Positions 7,295 to 17,536 are shown, counted from the stretch's first letter. The stretch: 64,000 nucleotides of DNA from a virus (IMGVR_UViG_3300020045_006153:243550-307549); one strand, 5' to 3'. The notes: generated from the sequence alone by a model not told the origin. Program-made: numbers and translations.

Positions 7295-10000
7295 ATGGCA
7301 ACTGTAACAGGCTTTATAGGCAATGATAATGTAGAATTAGATAATGCAGCAACGGAAGAAACGTTAAGACGATTGTTGACCGCTGTTACAGGGATGAACC
7401 AAAGCATCCTTCGTACTGCTCAAAATAATGGCGGTGGTGCTGGCGCAGCACAAACGACTCAACAAACTGCGGCACTGAATCAAGGGTTACAGCGATTAAC
7501 TAATGGTGGAGTTAGTGCAGCAGGCGCAGCATTATCTGGATTAACGGGAACAATTGGATTAGTTGCTAGCGGCTTAGGGAGAATGGCAGGAGTAGTTGCA
7601 GGAGTCGGCGGCGCAATGAACGGGCTTGCAACTACAATGCTTGACGGCAAAGGAAATGTAAGTGATTTTTATAATTCATTAAAAGATCTTCCTCTTGGAA
7701 TAGGGTTAGTTGCACAATTATTTGGAAAACTTGCACAAATGCAAGAGGACGAATTAGCAATATATCGTAAGTTAACTACTGCTGGTGTTAACTTCGGAGG
7801 TGCATTAACTGATATTAGAAAAAATGCACTCAATTTAGGCCTAGACTTACAACAATTTGGTTCTATTTTGCACGATAATGCAAAAACATTTCAAATGATG
7901 GGGACTACTGTGAATGATGGTGCTGAGTCATTTACTAAATTAGCAACTAAAATGCGTAATGATCCTGTCGGAATACAATTGCGTAGTTTAGGAATTACTA
8001 GTGAACAAGCAACTGCTGGGCTGGCCTCTTATATTGCAATGACAGGTGGAAGAAATAGGCAAGAATTACAAACAATCGAAGGACAGACAAAATTAACAAA
8101 AAGTGCCGCTGATTACATGATTCAACTCGATGCACTTGCTGCTATTACTGGTGAATCAAAAGATGAGCAAGAGAAGAAATTAAAAGCAGAACTGGAAGAA
8201 GCAAGTTTTAGTGCCTTTATGGCAACTAAATCAGATCCCGAACGCAAAGCAATTCAAGCAGCAATGACATCTGCAAGTGCATTATATGGAAAAGCAGGAA
8301 CTGATATTGTTAAAGCAACTGCTATGGGAGTAGCAGTGCAAGGCGAAGCGGGCCAAAAATTAACCGCATTAAGCAGTGATACAGCAAGAGCCATTCAACG
8401 AGATTTAGAAATTAGAAAACGTGGAGGAGACCAAAGTGCTGCATTAAATGTTAATGAAGCACAAGGTCGCTCAGCAGCAGGCCGCGATCTATTACGATAC
8501 GCTGGTGCTGTTGGAACATTTGGCAATGCACTAACAGGAATGGATACTACTATAAAAAATGTATCAGCATCGCATCAAGCAGGTCTAGTTTCTGAAAAAG
8601 ATTTCTTAAATCAACGTAAAGAAGTTGAAACTTCGCAAATTGATCGTACTAAGTCCTTAGCAAGTCAAGCCGCTGAGGCTGAAAAGGCATTTAAGGAAGC
8701 AGGAGCCGCAATATACGACGCATTAAAACCTGCAATCGAAGTGTTATCACCATTAGTTAATAAATTAGCAATTTCTATTATGAATTTTGTTAGTGATAAT
8801 ATGCCTAAGATCACAGATATGCTTACTAAAGTAGTTAAATCTATTGCAACATTTGTACAAAATGTGTTTAGTGACGAAGGTAGATTAGTAATTCAAAAAC
8901 GTTTTGAAATTTTTATTGACAGAATGGTATTAGGAATACGAGAGCATCTCGGTAAATCTTGGTTAGGACAAATGTTAGGTGGAATAGATTCGTCAAAAGG
9001 GCCACGCGGCGGAAAGAGCGATGCTGACAAAGAACGTGAAAACATTGATAAGCGGGCAAAACAACTAGATGACGAGCAAATTAACATTGATAAAAAACGA
9101 GAAACAGTAGCAGAAGAGAAAGCAATTGCCCGATCTAACAGGCCAGGGGTTAAGGGAATGCTCGACCAGATTGCAAAAGGTGAAGGAACTGACGATATTT
9201 CTGCAAAGAAGAAAGGTTTAAAATCTGGGTACGATGTATCGTTAGGGTATGGTGCATATGGCGGCGGACCAAATAAAGATATTAGTACTATGTCAATGGC
9301 CGAAGTTAAAGCATATCAGAAAAAAATGCTTGCAGATCCTAAGAATACATTAAATTCGTCAGCTGTGGGAAAATATCAGTTTATATCAGGGACGCTGGCT
9401 GAGCTACAAAAAGAAGCAGGACTAAAAGATACAGATACGTTCGATGCTGCTACGCAAGATCGGTTTGGCGAAATGCTATTAAAACGTAGGGGATTAGACA
9501 AATATCAAAAGGGACTAATGTCGCCGGATGCGTTTCAAGGAGGGATTTCAAAAGAATGGGCATCTGTTGCAGATCCTACTACTAAAAAAAGCTATTACGG
9601 GCAACATACAGGAACAAGTGATGCTGATATAAAAGCCGCACTAGAAGGGATCGCTAGGCCTTCACCTAAAGCAGCAACAGGTGGATTTTTCTCAGGTCCA
9701 GGCACAGGATATAATGTTCAACTTCATGGAAAAGAATTAGTTATTCCTATGAATAACGAATCTCAAGTTAGTAAAGCGGCAATTTCTCCAGGTGGATTAA
9801 CAATGGATGCTGCAAAACAAACAGGAAAAACTGATGACGGCTTAGTAAACGGCATTAGCAGCAATGAAATGTTATTAAGCGAACTGCAGACATTAAATAA
9901 GAATACTGAAGAAATGCTGAGATGGGTGCGCGAAACTGCTGTCCACTCTGAAAGAAACGTAGACGCAACAAAGGCGTTAAACGGCAATTTATTTGCATAA
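7295..10000 (+). CDS. Tape measure-like protein with a C-terminal lambda-R-type lysozyme/lytic transglycosylase domain
   Basis: Long Ala/Gly-rich helical region; LDQIAKGEGT..GYDV..SAVGKYQF..FDAATQD..EWASV mirrors lambda R motifs; C-terminal ATGG..GPxxGY..LHGxE.V.P motif. Confidence 0.8.
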   Translation: MATVTGFIGNDNVELDNAATEETLRRLLTAVTGMNQSILRTAQNNGGGAGAAQTTQQTAALNQGLQRLTNGGVSAAGAALSGLTGTIGLVASGLGRMAGVVAGVGGAMNGLATTMLDGKGNVSDFYNSLKDLPLGIGLVAQLFGKLAQMQEDELAIYRKLTTAGVNFGGALTDIRKNALNLGLDLQQFGSILHDNAKTFQMMGTTVNDGAESFTKLATKMRNDPVGIQLRSLGITSEQATAGLASYIAMTGGRNRQELQTIEGQTKLTKSAADYMIQLDALAAITGESKDEQEKKLKAELEEASFSAFMATKSDPERKAIQAAMTSASALYGKAGTDIVKATAMGVAVQGEAGQKLTALSSDTARAIQRDLEIRKRGGDQSAALNVNEAQGRSAAGRDLLRYAGAVGTFGNALTGMDTTIKNVSASHQAGLVSEKDFLNQRKEVETSQIDRTKSLASQAAEAEKAFKEAGAAIYDALKPAIEVLSPLVNKLAISIMNFVSDNMPKITDMLTKVVKSIATFVQNVFSDEGRLVIQKRFEIFIDRMVLGIREHLGKSWLGQMLGGIDSSKGPRGGKSDADKERENIDKRAKQLDDEQINIDKKRETVAEEKAIARSNRPGVKGMLDQIAKGEGTDDISAKKKGLKSGYDVSLGYGAYGGGPNKDISTMSMAEVKAYQKKMLADPKNTLNSSAVGKYQFISGTLAELQKEAGLKDTDTFDAATQDRFGEMLLKRRGLDKYQKGLMSPDAFQGGISKEWASVADPTTKKSYYGQHTGTSDADIKAALEGIARPSPKAATGGFFSGPGTGYNVQLHGKELVIPMNNESQVSKAAISPGGLTMDAAKQTGKTDDGLVNGISSNEMLLSELQTLNKNTEEMLRWVRETAVHSERNVDATKALNGNLFA

Positions 10001-10016
10001 CCGGAAAAAATCAAAC

Positions 10017-11720
10017 ATGTCATGGAAACGCTATTTTCAACCTGTTCAAACAGGTACAATGAGTCCGCTAAGCCAGTCTAATAGACTATCTGCTTCGCGA
10101 ACTAACTATTCATCTTACTTGCCTGATGTATATTCCGGTCATCCTAATCGCCTTGAACGGTATTCACAGTACGATACAATGGATATGGACCCCGAAGTTA
10201 ATGCAGCATTTGATATTTTAGCAGAGTTTTGCACACAAATTAATGATGAAAACGGTACACCATTCCATACTTTCTTTAAAGATAAGGCAACTCCTACTGA
10301 AATTAAACTTATTAAAAAGTATATGCAGCAATGGAGCAAGTTAAACAAGTTTGGAACTAAGATTTTTAAAATTGTTCGCAATACATTCAAATATGGCGAC
10401 TGTTTTTTCATTCGTGATCCAGAAACACAAGCATGGTTCTATGTTGATCCGAGCAAAATTGATCGTATTATTGTAAATGAGTCAGAAGGTAAGAAACCTG
10501 AACAATATGTTATTCGTGATATTAATGTTAATTTTCAAGATCTTGTAGTTACACAAATTAATCCTGCAAATCAAGGCGGCACCGGCGCTAGTACCTATAA
10601 TCAAGCAACTGGTAGCGGCCGCGGTGGCTCAGGCGCATACGCGCAAGGTAGTGGTAATCGATTTGCTATAAATCAAAACCAATGGGCTATTGATGCAGAA
10701 CATGTTATTCATTTAAGTCTAAGTGAAGGTATTGATAATAATTTTCCTTTTGGAAATAGTTTAATGGAAACTATTTTTAAAGTTTACAAGCAAAAAGAGT
10801 TACTAGAAGACGCTATTATTATCTACCGTGTGCAACGGGCACCAGAACGTCGAGTATTTTACATCGATGTTGGTAATATGCCAAGTCACTTGGCAATGAG
10901 TTTTGTAGAACGAGTTAAGAACGAGGTAAATCAGCGTCGAATTCCAAGTGTAACTGGCGGCGGGCAAAGTGTTATTGACTCGGGCTACAATCCTTTAGGT
11001 ATTAACGAAGATTATTTCTTTCCACAAACCAGTGAAGGCCGCGGGTCTAAGGTAGATATTCTACCCGGCGGAACCAATTTAGGCGAAATTAGTGACTTAC
11101 TATTCTTTACTCAAAAGTTAATGAGGGCATTACGTATTCCTTCTAGTTATTTGCCAACAGGCGTAGACGATTCACAAGCATCGTTTAATGACGGTCGTGT
11201 TGGTACTGCATATATTCAAGAACTACGATTTAATAAGTATTGCGAACGTTTGCAAAGTCTTATCAACGAACAGTTTGATACTGAATTTAAACGTTATCTA
11301 TTCCGTAAAGGTATTAATATTGATCCTAACTTGTTTGATTTGCAGTTCAATCCACCGCAAAATTTTGCATCTTATCGTCAAGCCGAGATGGATACTGCCC
11401 GTGTAACAGTGTATGGAAGTATTGCAGAAGTGCCTTACATTAGTAAACGATTTGCATTGAAACGTTTCTTAGGATTAACTGCTGAAGAAATTGCTGAAAA
11501 CGAACAATTATGGCGTGAAGAAAATATCGATGCGAGTACAAATTTAAGTGCGCAAGCAGAAATGCGTTCGATGGGTGTTACTACTGGTGGTCTAAGTGAT
11601 GATATGGATTCACTCGGCCAGAGCGATTTAGGCCCCGAAGATATGGAAGACGGTGACATGCCTGCGGCAGCGCCAGGCATTTCATCTGACACAGGTGCTG
11701 CGCCGACCTCTCCGGCATAA
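10017..11720 (+). CDS. gp20: Portal protein
   Basis: IIIYRVQRAPERRVFYIDVGNMP, EDYFFPQ, LPGGTNLGEISD, ALRIPSSYL, ELRFNKY; likely start MSWKRYF at 10017. Confidence 0.95.
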   Translation: MSWKRYFQPVQTGTMSPLSQSNRLSASRTNYSSYLPDVYSGHPNRLERYSQYDTMDMDPEVNAAFDILAEFCTQINDENGTPFHTFFKDKATPTEIKLIKKYMQQWSKLNKFGTKIFKIVRNTFKYGDCFFIRDPETQAWFYVDPSKIDRIIVNESEGKKPEQYVIRDINVNFQDLVVTQINPANQGGTGASTYNQATGSGRGGSGAYAQGSGNRFAINQNQWAIDAEHVIHLSLSEGIDNNFPFGNSLMETIFKVYKQKELLEDAIIIYRVQRAPERRVFYIDVGNMPSHLAMSFVERVKNEVNQRRIPSVTGGGQSVIDSGYNPLGINEDYFFPQTSEGRGSKVDILPGGTNLGEISDLLFFTQKLMRALRIPSSYLPTGVDDSQASFNDGRVGTAYIQELRFNKYCERLQSLINEQFDTEFKRYLFRKGINIDPNLFDLQFNPPQNFASYRQAEMDTARVTVYGSIAEVPYISKRFALKRFLGLTAEEIAENEQLWREENIDASTNLSAQAEMRSMGVTTGGLSDDMDSLGQSDLGPEDMEDGDMPAAAPGISSDTGAAPTSPA

Positions 11721-11727
11721 ATATTTC

Positions 11728-11970
11728 ATGTTACTAAAAGAATTTATTAATTTTAAAGATGATCAGGAAGAAATGACCGATGACGGTCGTTATGACCCTG
11801 ATCATGATACTAGTGTAATCCGCTCTACTGATCTTAGAAAAAGTAGGCTAACGTTACGTATGTTAAATGATTTACGTAAAGCAGGTGATGCAAGAGAACG
11901 CGAATCAAAAGAAGAACTAGAACTAGTTCGTACTATGTACGCTACTCCTGAGCCTGAAGAACAAATGTAA
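11728..11970 (+). CDS. Small head-module protein (80 aa), probably leaderless
   Basis: TAAATA at 11718-11723, ATG 4 nt later; MLLKEF...RKSRLTLRMLNDLRK...MY; lies between the portal and the core protein. Confidence 0.7.
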   Translation: MLLKEFINFKDDQEEMTDDGRYDPDHDTSVIRSTDLRKSRLTLRMLNDLRKAGDARERESKEELELVRTMYATPEPEEQM

Positions 11971-12114
11971 AGACTAAGGTTATTCATAAAACTGAATCAA
12001 TTTTTAGTAGTTTGTCAGAAACAGACCGTTTTTGGCCTATTTCGCATAACTATATCTGAACGGCTGTAAATATACACACAACAGCCTTGCCAACTTAATT
12101 AAGGAGAACCCGCA

Positions 12115-13062
12115 ATGTCTACAAAGTTTGAACAACTTTTAGATCTTCTAGTCAACGAAGAAATGGATGCAGCAAATGCATTATTCCATGATATCGTTGT
12201 TGAGAAATCTAGAGAAATATATGAAACCATGATCGCTGAAGAAACTGAAGAAGAAGACGAAGATGTCGAAGAATCTACAGACGAAGAAGATGATGAAGAA
12301 TCCGTTGAAGAAGGATTTGGAAATAATGAAGAAGAAAGTATGTATGAAATCGGCGGCGATTCTGCAGACGACCTTATGGGCGATACAGAAGATCCATTAG
12401 CATCTGGTGATAGCGAAGATGATAGTGAAGATGACGAATTCGGTGCTCCAGAAGGTGACTTTGGCGGTGATGCTGAAGGTGGATCTGAACCTGCTACAAA
12501 AGACGACGTACTTGACCTTGCACAAGCAATGGATGAAATTAAAGCAACTTTTGCAGCACTTCTAGCAGGCGAAAAGCATGAAGAAGAAGGTAATCCAGAT
12601 GTACACGGCGGCGCTTTAGATGATATTGAATCCGACAGTGAAGAAGAAACTGAAGACGAGCCAGAAGAAGTACCTGCAGATACAGAAGCAGACGAACAAT
12701 TTATGCGTGAGTATAAAGAAGTTGTAGGCAAGCCTTATGGCGGCGGAAAAGTTGCAGGTAAGACCGAAGATGCAAGTACTCACAAGGTAAGTCCTGTAAG
12801 TTCTGCTAAAGGACGTCCTACAACATCTGCGACTGCTGGCAATATTGCACAAGCAGGCAAAGGCGACCAAAATGAAAAAGGTAAAGCAGGCGGATTAGTA
12901 GGCAATGTTAAAGGTGAGTTCACTGGCAACCATTTAAATAAGGTTGGCGGTTATAAAGGTGATGCATTCACTAAAAACTCATCTGGTCACGGTCCTGAGA
13001 AAAAGGGAACTGGCGAAGGTCCTGTTAATGACAAGATTTTAGTTAAGCCTTATAAGCAATAA
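12115..13062 (+). CDS. Highly acidic prohead core/scaffold-associated protein (gp67/gp68 position)
   Basis: TAAATA at 12067 and AAGGAG SD; Asp/Glu-rich with many xxE sites; sits between portal and protease. Confidence 0.65.
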   Translation: MSTKFEQLLDLLVNEEMDAANALFHDIVVEKSREIYETMIAEETEEEDEDVEESTDEEDDEESVEEGFGNNEEESMYEIGGDSADDLMGDTEDPLASGDSEDDSEDDEFGAPEGDFGGDAEGGSEPATKDDVLDLAQAMDEIKATFAALLAGEKHEEEGNPDVHGGALDDIESDSEEETEDEPEEVPADTEADEQFMREYKEVVGKPYGGGKVAGKTEDASTHKVSPVSSAKGRPTTSATAGNIAQAGKGDQNEKGKAGGLVGNVKGEFTGNHLNKVGGYKGDAFTKNSSGHGPEKKGTGEGPVNDKILVKPYKQ

Positions 13063-13074
13063 TAGGTTATTGAG

Positions 13075-13713
13075 ATGAATAAACTTCAATACTTAAGAGA
13101 GAATCTTAGTTTTACTGAGGCTAAGGTTGTTCTAGAGAATGACTCTACAGACGGTAAGAGCCTTTATTTAAAGGGCATTGCTATTCAAGGCGGCATTCGC
13201 AATGCTAACCAACGTGTTTATCCCGTTCGTGAAATTGCAAATGCAGTTAAGACTCTTAACGATCAAATTGTTAACGGATATTCTGTCTTAGGTGAAGTTG
13301 ATCATCCAGATGATCTTAAAGTAAATTTAGACCGTGTGTCACACATGATTACTGAAATGTGGATGGACGGTCCTAATGGCTACGGAAAGATGAAAGTCCT
13401 TCCTACTCCGATGGGCAATTTAATTCGTACTATGCTCGAAAGTGGCGTAAAACTTGGTGTTAGTTCTAGAGGTAGCGGCAACGTTAACGATGGAACTGGC
13501 GAAGTAGCCGACTTTGAAATTATTACAGTTGATATTGTTGCCCAGCCTTCTGCACCCGGAGCTTACCCTACACCGGTCTACGAGCATCTTATGAATATGA
13601 GAGGCGGGAATAGAGCGATCAAGGTGGCGCATGAAGTTCAACAAGATCCAAAAGCACAGAAGCATCTTCGCGAGGCGATGCTAAAAATAATCAACGGCCT
13701 TAAAGCCGGTTAA
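13075..13713 (+). CDS. gp21: Prohead core protease
   Basis: NANQRVYP, LGEVDHP, VSHMI, LGVSSRGSG, DIVAQPSAPGA. Confidence 0.95.
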   Translation: MNKLQYLRENLSFTEAKVVLENDSTDGKSLYLKGIAIQGGIRNANQRVYPVREIANAVKTLNDQIVNGYSVLGEVDHPDDLKVNLDRVSHMITEMWMDGPNGYGKMKVLPTPMGNLIRTMLESGVKLGVSSRGSGNVNDGTGEVADFEIITVDIVAQPSAPGAYPTPVYEHLMNMRGGNRAIKVAHEVQQDPKAQKHLREAMLKIINGLKAG

Positions 13714-13723
13714 GGAGAAAGCG

Positions 13724-14815
13724 ATGATGGACGCATTCAAGAATCTAGTAGAAAGTGGAGTCATGTCAGAAGACGTACAGTCTGTGATTGAAACTGCATT
13801 TGCTAGCAAAATTCAAGAAAATCGCGACCAAGTCACTGCTCAACTTCGAGAAGAGTTTGCTCAAAAATACAGTCATGATAAGTCTGTAATGGTTGAAGCA
13901 ATTGACAAGATGTTAAGCGAGAGATTGGCCGCAGAAATGGCTGAACTTGCTGCTGATAAGAAAGCCCTTGCAGAAGCAAAGGTTGCATATCACCACAAGA
14001 TGAGCGGAGATTCGAAAGTTATGGAATCCTTCGTTCTTAGTCAGTTAGGAAAAGAGTTAGTCGAATTCCAGAACGATCGTATGAAAGTTTCTGAGAATTT
14101 TTCAAAGATGGAACAATTTATTGTTCATGCATTGGCAAATGAAATTAATGAATTCGCCCAAGATAAGAGAGACATTGCAGAAGCAAAGGTTAAACTTGTT
14201 AAGGAAGCCAAAGCACGTTTTGAAGGAATTAAGAGTCAGTTTATTAAACGCAGTGCTGCTGTAGTTGAAAACGTAGTTACTAAACAATTAACTTCTGAAA
14301 TCAAGCAATTGAAAGAAGATATTGATAGTGCACGTTCCAGCGACTTCGGTCGTCGTTTATTTGAAGCATTTGCACAAGAATATTCTTCGAGTTATCTAAA
14401 CGAAAAATCTGAAACAAGTAAATTGTTAAAGGTTCTAGAAAAGAAAGACTTAGAATTATCCGAAGCAAAGCAAGCCCTACGCAAGCATAGCACTATTGTT
14501 GAATCTAAGAACCGCGAAATTCGTGTTGCAAAAGATTTAGCAGAACGCAAGGCAGTTATGGGAGAACTATTAGCACCATTAGGTGTTGATAAAAAGGAGT
14601 TAATGAGCAGTCTATTAGAAAGTGTACAAACACAAAAATTGGCTGTTGCATTTGACAAATACCTACCAGCAGTAATGGAAGGTGCTCAAAGAAAGTCTCC
14701 TGCAAAGGCAGCACTTACAGAAAGCAAGTCAGTTACCGGTGATCGCGCAAGTAAACAGCCACAGGTAGGCTTAGATAACATTTTAGATATCCGCAAATTA
14801 GCGGGTTTAAAATAA
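13724..14815 (+). CDS. gp22: Prohead scaffold protein
   Basis: Coiled-coil protein between protease and major capsid protein; FGRRLFEAFAQEY. Confidence 0.85.
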   Translation: MMDAFKNLVESGVMSEDVQSVIETAFASKIQENRDQVTAQLREEFAQKYSHDKSVMVEAIDKMLSERLAAEMAELAADKKALAEAKVAYHHKMSGDSKVMESFVLSQLGKELVEFQNDRMKVSENFSKMEQFIVHALANEINEFAQDKRDIAEAKVKLVKEAKARFEGIKSQFIKRSAAVVENVVTKQLTSEIKQLKEDIDSARSSDFGRRLFEAFAQEYSSSYLNEKSETSKLLKVLEKKDLELSEAKQALRKHSTIVESKNREIRVAKDLAERKAVMGELLAPLGVDKKELMSSLLESVQTQKLAVAFDKYLPAVMEGAQRKSPAKAALTESKSVTGDRASKQPQVGLDNILDIRKLAGLK

Positions 14816-14836
14816 TTTAAATTCAAGGAGACGTAA

Positions 14837-16012
14837 ATGTCACAACTATTAAACGAAAGATGGTCCGAGACCAAAGAAGCTCTGCTTGAAGGCCTAATTG
14901 GCACTCGCCGCAGTTCTATGAATGTGTGTTTAGAAAACACACGCCGTTACTTGGGCGAAGCCGCTACAGCAGGCGCTACAAGCTCCGGTAACGTTGCAAC
15001 ACTTAATCGTGTTATTCTTCCAGTAATCCGTCGTGTTATGCCGACTGTTATTGCTAATGAAATTATTGGTGTTCAACCAATGACTGGACCTGTTGGTCAA
15101 ATCCATACTCTACGTGTGCGTTATGCAGACAGCGGAGATGGCGTAGTAGCAGGTGAAGAAGCTCTTAGCCCATTCAAGATTGCTGCTGCTTACTCTGGTA
15201 GTAACATTGATTCTAATCCAAAGGCTGCTTCTACAGCACAATTGGAAGGTCAACCAGGTAAGAGAATGAGCATTCAAATCTTGAAAGCACCTGTTGAAGC
15301 AAAGAGCCGTAAACTATCTGCTCGTTGGACTTTTGAAGCCGCTCAAGATGCACAAGCCCAACAAGGTATTGACATCGAAGCAGAAATCATGGCTGCACTA
15401 GCACAAGAAATTACTGCTGAAATCGACCAAGAAATCCTAGCATCCCTACGTGGATTGGCATCTGTTGAAGAAACATATGACCAGGCTCTAGTTTCTGGTA
15501 CAGCAACTTTCGTTGGTGACGAACACGCTGCTCTAGCAATCCAGATCAATCGCGTAAGCAACTTGATCGCACAACGCACACGTCGTGGTGCTGGTAACTG
15601 GGCTGTTGTTTCTAACCAAGCATTAACAATTCTTCAATCTGCTACTACTTCTGCGTTTGCACGTACTACAGAAGGAACTTTTGAAGCACCTACAAACACA
15701 AAGTTTGTTGGTACACTAAACGGTGCTATGAAGATTTATGTTGACAGTTACAAGGCTGACACAGATACAAACAACCAAATCCTTATTGGATACAAAGGCG
15801 GATCGGAAGCTGACGCTCCTGCATTTTATTGCCCATACATTCCTCTAATGAGTTCTGGTGTTGTTCTAGATCCAAACACCTTTGAACCAGTAGTTGGTTT
15901 CTTGACCCGTTACGGATATGTGGAATTGTCAAATACTGCGTCTTCCTTAGGAAACGCCGCAGATTATTTGGGCAAGGTAGCAATCAATAACGCAACTGTT
16001 TCTTTTAAATAA
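14837..16012 (+). CDS. gp23: Major capsid protein
   Basis: IGVQPMTGPVGQI, SRKLSARWTFEAAQD, AEIDQEIL, FYCPYIPL, TRYG; likely maturation site LGE/A. Confidence 0.97.
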   Translation: MSQLLNERWSETKEALLEGLIGTRRSSMNVCLENTRRYLGEAATAGATSSGNVATLNRVILPVIRRVMPTVIANEIIGVQPMTGPVGQIHTLRVRYADSGDGVVAGEEALSPFKIAAAYSGSNIDSNPKAASTAQLEGQPGKRMSIQILKAPVEAKSRKLSARWTFEAAQDAQAQQGIDIEAEIMAALAQEITAEIDQEILASLRGLASVEETYDQALVSGTATFVGDEHAALAIQINRVSNLIAQRTRRGAGNWAVVSNQALTILQSATTSAFARTTEGTFEAPTNTKFVGTLNGAMKIYVDSYKADTDTNNQILIGYKGGSEADAPAFYCPYIPLMSSGVVLDPNTFEPVVGFLTRYGYVELSNTASSLGNAADYLGKVAINNATVSFK

Positions 16013-16040
16013 AAAACACTGTATCTTTATTGATAACATA

Positions 16041-16064
16041 AAAAGGCTCTTCGGAGCCTTTTTT
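16041..16064 (+). terminator. Intrinsic terminator with C(UUCG)G loop, possibly bidirectional
   Basis: AAAAGGCTC-TTCG-GAGCCTTTTTT after gp23. Confidence 0.9.
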
Positions 16065-16065
16065 G

Positions 16066-16094
16066 TTGACTATCTTTCATATCTATTTTATAAT
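16066..16094 (+). promoter_or_regulatory. Near-consensus sigma70 promoter upstream of the HNH gene
   Basis: TTGACT-17 nt-TATAAT. Confidence 0.7.
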
Positions 16095-16123
16095 ATGTCG
16101 AACTCATCAACATAAATAAGTAT

Positions 16124-16804
16124 ATGAACAAATATGAAAAATGGTATTATAATATAACAGAACGCGGAAAGCATCGTACATTAACTGAGTATGTAGAACG
16201 ACATCATATTGTTCCGCACAGTCTCGGCGGTTCCGATGACGCATCTAATCTTGTAAGTTTAACTGCGCGAGAACATTTTATTTGCCATTGGCTATTAACA
16301 AAGATGCACATAGGTGAATCTAGGAGTAAAATGATAAACGCATTGTATATGATGCAAGGAAATAGTACATATCAGAAACGATATGAATCTAAAATAACTT
16401 CTCGAATTTATAAAAATTTACGAGAAGAGTATGCTGCTTATATATCAAAGTTAAACACAGGAAGAATACAACCACCGGATGAAAAAGCAAAACAAATAGC
16501 AGCAATGACAGGAAGAAAACGCGAACCATTTAGTGATGAATGGAGAGCAAAACTATCTGCTGCAAAGTCTGGAGAAAATAATAATAGATATGGTGTTGTG
16601 TTTAGTGAAGAAACTAGAAAGAAAATTGGTTCTGCTGCAAAAGGTCGAAAATATAGTTCTGATGTAGTTGAAAAACGAGCAGAAAAAATTAGAGGAAGTA
16701 AAAGAGAAAAACTTCTCTGCCCTCACTGCAAACAACTTATTGCGGTAAACACATATCCGAGATGGCACGGTGATAACTGTAAACAAAAGTCTCCCAATAT
16801 ATAA
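16124..16804 (+). mobile_element. Free-standing HNH homing endonuclease (Mob-like) with NUMOD3-type repeats and a C-terminal Zn finger
   Basis: ERHHIVPHSLGGSDDASNLVSLTAREHFICHWLL; SEETRKKIG repeat; CPHC..WHGDNC. Confidence 0.88.
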
Positions 16805-16885
16805 ATACACTGTTCGCCCACAACGGGTTTTATGCGGTACCATCCGCGTAGATCATAGAACGATTCATATATAAGGAGAAACAAA
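16800..16885 (+). promoter_or_regulatory. Late promoter TATAAATA plus structured 5' UTR (three-way junction)
   Basis: TATAAATA 16800-16807; stems 16812-16815/16858-16861, 16816-16819/16825-16828, 16829-16837/16844-16852; then the SD AAGGAG. Confidence 0.6.
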
Positions 16886-17536
16886 ATGGGACGTCCAATT
16901 AAAAAGAAATATTTTGGTAATACAAATGCAGGTGGAACAGGTGGTGAAGGTGTTGCTACTATTGTAAAAAATAATACTGGTACATTGTATACAACTAGTA
17001 CTACTATTGCATTAGCATTTACCGCACCTCAAATCTCAAACGGAGTTGCGCCGACTGGCAGCGTTACAACTAATGGGATAGGTAATGTCGCAACTGTAAC
17101 CTTGTTAACACCTGGTTCAGGTTACACTTCTATTCCTACTGCAACAGTAGTAGGCGGAACAACTGGTACTACTGCAACATTTACTGTTGCGTTATTGGCT
17201 TCTGCACAAAATGCAATTGCAGGATTAGCATGGACTACACCTGCTGGAAGTGCTAAAGCATTTGATATTGAAAAACAAGAATCTAGTCGCCGTTATCGTG
17301 TTAAAACTGCAGACGGCCAAGGAACTTGCAAATTAGTAACAGCAGCCCCAGCAGTCGGTGAAATGACAATTATTGCAACTGATTCCGCTGGTGGAACATA
17401 CTATGTTCAGAAGTTAACTGCACGTAGAGTAGTATTAGTACCAATTGATGGATTGCAATTTGCATCAAACAACATTGCAAATTGGAACCTAACTGGTGCA
17501 GTAGCAAATGTTTCAGTTATGTTAGCAAACGTTTAA
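16886..17536 (+). CDS. Putative virion structural (head decoration-like) protein
   Basis: Own late promoter, strong SD and terminator; Thr/Gly/Ala-rich beta-type sequence with GSGYTSIPT; follows the capsid gene. Confidence 0.6.
   Translation: MGRPIKKKYFGNTNAGGTGGEGVATIVKNNTGTLYTTSTTIALAFTAPQISNGVAPTGSVTTNGIGNVATVTLLTPGSGYTSIPTATVVGGTTGTTATFTVALLASAQNAIAGLAWTTPAGSAKAFDIEKQESSRRYRVKTADGQGTCKLVTAAPAVGEMTIIATDSAGGTYYVQKLTARRVVLVPIDGLQFASNNIANWNLTGAVANVSVMLANV

Noticed and set aside
12099-12731. Ser-rich - strand ORF and other short antisense ORFs over head, tail and terminase genes
   Set aside because: Antisense shadows of biased coding sequence (GAA/GAT codons read as Ser/Phe); no initiation signals.
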